DNA of 61,509 nucleotides, filler included, from Candidatus Aminicenantales bacterium (GTDB taxonomy: Bacteria; Acidobacteriota; Aminicenantia; Aminicenantales; Saccharicenantaceae), in assembly GCA_049512315.1 (NCBI GenBank). It is 3 parts of 3 records of this genome, joined end to end, with 100 filler letters (N's around TTAATTAATTAA, not from the genome) between each part and the next. Parts side by side here need not be neighbours in the genome. Positions count along the whole stretch, not along the records: positions 44,254 to 61,509 come from JBEKXF010000045.1; 2 more parts are not named here. One strand, written 5' to 3'. Within the stretch, counting starts at the first letter, position 1. Every line of letters begins with the position of its first letter. This document shows positions 56,953 to 61,509 of the stretch, piece after piece. The notes under the pieces are model-generated. The model did not search any database. It was not told where the DNA came from and was given only the letters and a program-made list of their open reading frames with translations. Position numbers and translations under genes: made by a program.

Positions 56953-58410
56953 CTAGGGCTTCTTTTCCCACCTGAGGACCGGGTTCTTGGCCGCCGCCAC
57001 CTCGTCCAGCCTCCGGACATAAGTGACGTGGGGAGCCGATTTCAATATCTCCGGGTTCTCTTTGGCCTCCCGGGCGATCGACTTCATGGCCGCGATGAAG
57101 AGGTCCAGGTCACGCTTGCTCTCAGTCTCCGTCGGCTCGATCATCAGGGCGCCGTGGACGATGAGCGGGAAGGACATCGTCGGCGGGTGGAGGCCGTGGT
57201 CGATTAGCCGCTTGGCGATATCGAGATTCGTGATGCCGAACTCCTTCTGGAACTTGTCCGAGAAGACGCACTCGTGCATGGAGGAGGCCGTGTATTTCAG
57301 GTGATACACGCCCTCCAGGCTTTTCCGGATGTAGTTAGCGTTGAGCACGGCGTATTCGGCGATCTCGCGGATCCCCTTGGGGCCGAGGCTCAGGATGTAG
57401 CACAGGGCCCGGACGATGACCGAGAAATTGCCGTAGAAGCTGCGGACGCGCCCGATCGTCTTGGGCCGGTCGAAGGCGAACGAATAGCGGCCTCCCTTCT
57501 CCTCTATCACGGGCACCGGGAGATAGGCCGCGAGCTCCTTCTTGACACCGACGGGGCCGGAGCCGGGCCCGCCGCCGCCGTGGGGGGTCGAGAACGTCTT
57601 GTGGAGGTTGATATGGATGACATCGACCCCCATGTCGCCGGGCCGGACGATCCCGGTCAGGGCGTTCATGTTGGCCCCGTCCATGTAGATGAGGCCACCT
57701 TTGGCGTGGACGATCCCGGCGATCCGGCGGATGTCGCTCTCGAAGACGCCGAGGGTGTTGGGGTTGGTCACCATGAGCGCGGCCACGTCCTCGGTCATCT
57801 CTTTCTCGAGGCCGGCGACGTCGATCATCCCGTCCTCGTTCGACTTGATCTCCTTGACCATGTACCCGCAGATGTGGGCCGAAGAGGGATTCGTGCCGTG
57901 AGCCGAATCCGGTATGAGGACGTATTTCCGCGGGTTGCCCCGGTCTTCGAGGGCGGCCCGGATGATCATCATCCCCGTGAGCTCGCCGTGGGCCCCCGCC
58001 GCGGGCTGGAGCGTGAAGGCGTCCATGCCGACGATGTCGCAGAGGAAGCCCTCGACCCGCTTGAGGATCTCCAGGTTGCCCTGAACGAGCTCTTCCGGGG
58101 CGTTGGGATGGGAAGCGGCGAGCGGAGGCAGGCCCGAGAGCCTGTCGTTGATCTTGGGGTTGTATTTCATCGTGCAGGACCCGAGCGGATAAAGGCCCAG
58201 GTCCACGCAATAGTTTTTCTGGGAAAGGCGGGTGAAATGCCGGGTGACCTCCGGCTCCGAAACCTCGGGAAAGCCGTCGATCGTCCGCCGGAGCGGAACG
58301 TCGCGGAGAAGGTCCTTTGTCTCCGGGACGTCGAGGGACGGGAGAAGGTCGGACCTCTTGCCGGGGGCGCTGAGCTCGAAGATAAGGGGTTCGCGGATCT
58401 CCTTGATCAT
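56953..58410 (-). CDS. gcvPB: Glycine dehydrogenase subunit 2
   Basis: YPLGSCTMKYNP, SAHGTNP, NLHKTFSTPHGGGGPG. Confidence 0.96.
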   Translation of the reverse strand: MIKEIREPLIFELSAPGKRSDLLPSLDVPETKDLLRDVPLRRTIDGFPEVSEPEVTRHFTRLSQKNYCVDLGLYPLGSCTMKYNPKINDRLSGLPPLAASHPNAPEELVQGNLEILKRVEGFLCDIVGMDAFTLQPAAGAHGELTGMMIIRAALEDRGNPRKYVLIPDSAHGTNPSSAHICGYMVKEIKSNEDGMIDVAGLEKEMTEDVAALMVTNPNTLGVFESDIRRIAGIVHAKGGLIYMDGANMNALTGIVRPGDMGVDVIHINLHKTFSTPHGGGGPGSGPVGVKKELAAYLPVPVIEEKGGRYSFAFDRPKTIGRVRSFYGNFSVIVRALCYILSLGPKGIREIAEYAVLNANYIRKSLEGVYHLKYTASSMHECVFSDKFQKEFGITNLDIAKRLIDHGLHPPTMSFPLIVHGALMIEPTETESKRDLDLFIAAMKSIAREAKENPEILKSAPHVTYVRRLDEVAAAKNPVLRWEKKP

Positions 58411-59753
58411 GATAGCGCCTCCTTGACGGCCCGGCCGAGCCGGTCGATGTCGTCCTTCCGCTTGAGCTCCGTGACAGTGACAAGAGCGCAATCCTTGAGC
58501 TCTCCATAAGCCCCTTCGAGACCGAGGCCGCCGAGGATCCCCTTTTCCCGGAGGGCGGCGTCAACCTTGACCCAGGGCTTGGGGAACTCGAGGACGAACT
58601 CGTTGAAGACGGGGCCGCTGAATTTCCTCCGGACTCCGGGCAGGGCCGTGAGCGCGTCGAGGGCATAGGCGGCCTTCTGGGCGTTCTGCCAGGCCATCTC
58701 TCTCAAGCCGTCCTTGCCCAGGCTTTCGAGGAAGATCGTGGCCCGAAGGGCACAGAGGGCCTGGTTCGTGCAGATGTTGGAGGTGGCCCGCTCCCGACGG
58801 ATGTGCTGCTCACGGGTGGCCAGGGTCAGGACGAAGCCCCGGAGGCCGTCGACATCCGTCGTCTGGCCCGTGATCCGGCCCGGGAGCTGGCGGACATACT
58901 CTTTCCGGCAGGCCATGAAGCCGAGATACGGACCGCCGAAGCTCAGCGGGATCCCGAAGGACTGGCCCTCGCCGGTCACGATGTCCGCCCCGAGAACCCC
59001 CGGGGCCTCCAGCAGTCCCATGGACAGGGCCTCGGCCACCACGGCGACAGACATGGCCTTGCGGGCGTGTGCGATCTCAGACAGGGCCTGGATGTCCTCG
59101 ACGATGCCGAAGAAATTCGGCGATTGGTAAACGACGCCGCAGACCTGGTCGTCCATCCGCTTCGAGAGCGCCGCGGCGTCGACCCGTCCGTCCCGGCCGC
59201 TGGGGATCTCGAGGACCTCGAGACCCAGGTTTTTGATGTAGGTCCGGATGACCTCCCGGTATTGAGGATGGAGCGTCCGGGCGACCAGGACCTTGGACCG
59301 TCCGGTCACCCGGTGGGCCATCAGGACGGCCTCAGCGGCGCCCGTCGCCCCCTCATAAAGGGAGTCGTTGGCGATGTCGAGTCCGGTGAGCTGACAGATA
59401 AGCGTCTGGAACTCGAAGATGACCTGGAGGGTCCCCTGGCTGACCTCGGGCTGGTAGGGCGTGTACGGGGTGACGAACTCGCCCCGCGAGCTCAGGTAGT
59501 CGACGACCGTCGGGACGAAATGCTCGTAGGCCCCCCCGCCGAGGAAGGACAGGTAGCGCGAATAGGAATTCCGGCGTCCGACCTCTTCGACTGTCCGAAC
59601 GAGCTCCATTTCCGCAAGCGGGCCGGGCAGGTCCAGGTCCTTCTTAAGCCGGACGTCCTTCGGGATGCAGCCGAACAGCTCCTCCGTCGAGCGGATGCCG
59701 ACGGCGGCCAGCATCTCTTTTTTGTCTTTGTCGCTGAGAGAGAGATAACTCAT
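58407..59753 (-). CDS. gcvPA: Glycine dehydrogenase subunit 1
   Basis: YTPYQPEVSQG, TREQHIRRERATSNICTN. Confidence 0.96.
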   Translation of the reverse strand: MSYLSLSDKDKKEMLAAVGIRSTEELFGCIPKDVRLKKDLDLPGPLAEMELVRTVEEVGRRNSYSRYLSFLGGGAYEHFVPTVVDYLSSRGEFVTPYTPYQPEVSQGTLQVIFEFQTLICQLTGLDIANDSLYEGATGAAEAVLMAHRVTGRSKVLVARTLHPQYREVIRTYIKNLGLEVLEIPSGRDGRVDAAALSKRMDDQVCGVVYQSPNFFGIVEDIQALSEIAHARKAMSVAVVAEALSMGLLEAPGVLGADIVTGEGQSFGIPLSFGGPYLGFMACRKEYVRQLPGRITGQTTDVDGLRGFVLTLATREQHIRRERATSNICTNQALCALRATIFLESLGKDGLREMAWQNAQKAAYALDALTALPGVRRKFSGPVFNEFVLEFPKPWVKVDAALREKGILGGLGLEGAYGELKDCALVTVTELKRKDDIDRLGRAVKEALS

Positions 59754-59789
59754 GAACTCAACCTCTTGTCATTTTTCCGGAAGGGAAGG

Positions 59790-60176
59790 TCAGGCTTCCA
59801 GCCCCTCCAGGAATTTCTCATAGTCGGAGACCTTCATCAGGCCCTGAAGTTCTTTCCTGTCCTTGATCTTCAGGCGGACGATCCAGCCCGTGCCGTGCGG
59901 GTCCTTGTTGAGAAGGTCGGCCGTCTGGGACAGGCCGTCGTTGACGGCCACGATTTTGCCAGCGACCGGGGAATAGACGTCGGACACCGACTTCACCGAT
60001 TCCACGACGCCGATCGATTGATGGGCGGCGAGCTCGGCCCCCACCTGGGGAAGCTCGACGAAGATGATGTCGCCGAGCTGGTGCTGGGCGAAATCCGTGA
60101 TGCCGACCACGCCCTCATCGCCTTCGACTTTGATCCATTCGTGGTCTTTTGTGTAGTAGAAATCGCTGGGATACAT
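59790..60176 (-). CDS. gcvH: Glycine cleavage H protein
   Basis: YTKDHEW, GITDFAQ, lipoyl-Lys ESVKS. Confidence 0.97.
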   Translation of the reverse strand: MYPSDFYYTKDHEWIKVEGDEGVVGITDFAQHQLGDIIFVELPQVGAELAAHQSIGVVESVKSVSDVYSPVAGKIVAVNDGLSQTADLLNKDPHGTGWIVRLKIKDRKELQGLMKVSDYEKFLEGLEA

Positions 60177-60232
60177 CGAAACCTCCTCTTTGATCTCAGG
60201 CGGCGGGCCCGCGGCCCGCGTGCGCTGTCCGT

Positions 60233-61327
60233 TTATTTCTTGTCGGCCCTCTTGTAGAAAGGCGTGGGGACGATTTTCGCTCTCGTCATTTTATCCCTGA
60301 TGCCAACTTCGAATTCCGTGCCGATGGCCGTGGCCCCGATCGGAAGATAGACCAGGCCGATGGGCTTTTTCAGGAAGGGCGCAAAAGTCCCCGAGCAGAC
60401 CTCCGAGACTTTCTGCCCGCCGACGTAAGCCGGGTAATGGGGGCGGGCGATGCCCCTGTCGATGAGCTCGAAGCCGACGAGCTTCCTCTTGAGGCCCTCG
60501 GCCAGCTGTCTTTCGATGACGGGCTTGCCTAGGAAATCGCCCTTCTGGAGCTTGACGATCCATTTGAGGTCGGCCTCGAGGACCGTCGTCTTGTCGGAAA
60601 TGTCGTTGCCATAGAGCATGAGCTTGGACTCGAGCCGCAGAGTGTCGCGCGCTCCAAGCCCGATCGGCAGCAGGCCGAGGGGGCTGCCCTTCTCGACGAT
60701 CGAAGTCCAGACGACGCCGAGATTGGGGTCCGTTGAGTAGATCTCGAAACCATCCTCACCAGTGTAGCCCGTCCGCGAGACGAGGCAGGCGATACCCGCC
60801 ACCTTCCCCTTGGCCCACCAGAACGACTTCATGGCGCTCAGGTTGACGTTGGTCAGGGGCTGGAGGATCTTCTCCGCCAGCGGCCCCTGGAGGGCGACCT
60901 GGGAATAGGCGTCGCTCTGGTTTTCAACCTGGACCTCGAATCTCTTGGTGCGGCCGGCGATCCAGGCGAAATCCTTGTCCACGTTGGCCGCGTTGACAAC
61001 GAGGAAATAGGTTCGGGGGTCGATGCAGTAGACGAGCATGTCGTCGACGAACGTCGATTCCGGGGTCATGAGCGCCGTGTACTGGACCTGGCCCGGAAGA
61101 AGCCGGGCCGCGTCGTTCGGAGTCAGCCACTGGACATAGGCCAAGGCGTCCTTGCCGGTGACCATCACCTCGCCCATATGGCTGACGTCGAAGAGCCCGG
61201 CCCGCGTCCGGACGGCCATGTGCTCGTCGATGATGCCCTTGTACTCGATGGGCATCTCCCACCCGACGAATTCGACCATCTTGGCGCCGAGTTTCTTATG
61301 AAGCTCATTGAAGCGGGTCTTTTTCAT
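60233..61327 (-). CDS. gcvT: Glycine cleavage T protein
   Basis: [33 protein letters not shown]. Confidence 0.96.
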   Translation of the reverse strand: MKKTRFNELHKKLGAKMVEFVGWEMPIEYKGIIDEHMAVRTRAGLFDVSHMGEVMVTGKDALAYVQWLTPNDAARLLPGQVQYTALMTPESTFVDDMLVYCIDPRTYFLVVNAANVDKDFAWIAGRTKRFEVQVENQSDAYSQVALQGPLAEKILQPLTNVNLSAMKSFWWAKGKVAGIACLVSRTGYTGEDGFEIYSTDPNLGVVWTSIVEKGSPLGLLPIGLGARDTLRLESKLMLYGNDISDKTTVLEADLKWIVKLQKGDFLGKPVIERQLAEGLKRKLVGFELIDRGIARPHYPAYVGGQKVSEVCSGTFAPFLKKPIGLVYLPIGATAIGTEFEVGIRDKMTRAKIVPTPFYKRADKK

Positions 61328-61389
61328 GGAGCCATCCTTTCTCGAAAGAACATCAAAATTATCATATTCCGCCGCCTCGTTCAAGTGCC

Positions 61390-61509
61390 TGATCTCGTCC
61401 ACTACATTAGTGACGCGGTGGGCTGAGTATGAGTTTTAAGCCAGGCCTGATAATATTCGGCCGGCGTCAGATAATCAAGCGATTGATGGGGCCGGATATG
61501 GTTATAGGT
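61390..61509 (-). mobile_element. 3' end of IS481/IS3-type element (transposase tail 61509-61402 plus terminus)
   Basis: TYNHIRPHQSLDYLTPAEY integrase-core tail; ends ...GTCACTAATGTAGTGGACGAGATCA. Confidence 0.8.

Noticed and set aside
61328..61509. Glycine riboswitch upstream of gcvT
   Set aside because: The sequence is a transposase tail and IS end; no aptamer motifs.

Overview
The window joins three unrelated contigs (1-25441, 25542-44153, 44254-61509) with artificial N44-TTAATTAATTAA-N44 spacers. The genome is GC-rich and bacterial; the repeated zinc-ribbon/Ser-Thr kinase/TPR genes and the general gene content suggest Ca. Aminicenantia (inference). Contig 1: after groEL lies a ~24 kb mosaic accessory island. 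It holds two tRNA-Arg(CCG) fragments, an orphan terminase large subunit and five partial copies of one transcription unit (promoter, Lys/Ala-rich HTH-like gene, terminator). Two further short repeat families and many shredded gene fragments are also present. Intact cargo modules sit between same-orientation repeat copies: ECF/anti-sigma/lepB, marR-emrAB-tolC, a hydrolase, an HEXXH-HhH protein, an HNH nuclease and orphan ORFs. This repeat-bracketed cassette arrangement is the best candidate for an undescribed system; no integrase is visible. Contig 2: a REC-TonB fusion, three proteases, an IS200-type element inserted in a MITE-like repeat, a DUF5916 protein, hrpA with in-frame palindromic insertions, a patatin and a partial kinase. 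Contig 3: an IS end, a GH106 glycosidase, a sigma/LuxR-type regulator ending in a ~45-bp fused-end IS200 derivative, a two-component system, TonB-C and PilZ proteins, and a gcvT-H-PA-PB-glyQ-glyS operon. All product calls come from motif reading by eye; no database search was run.
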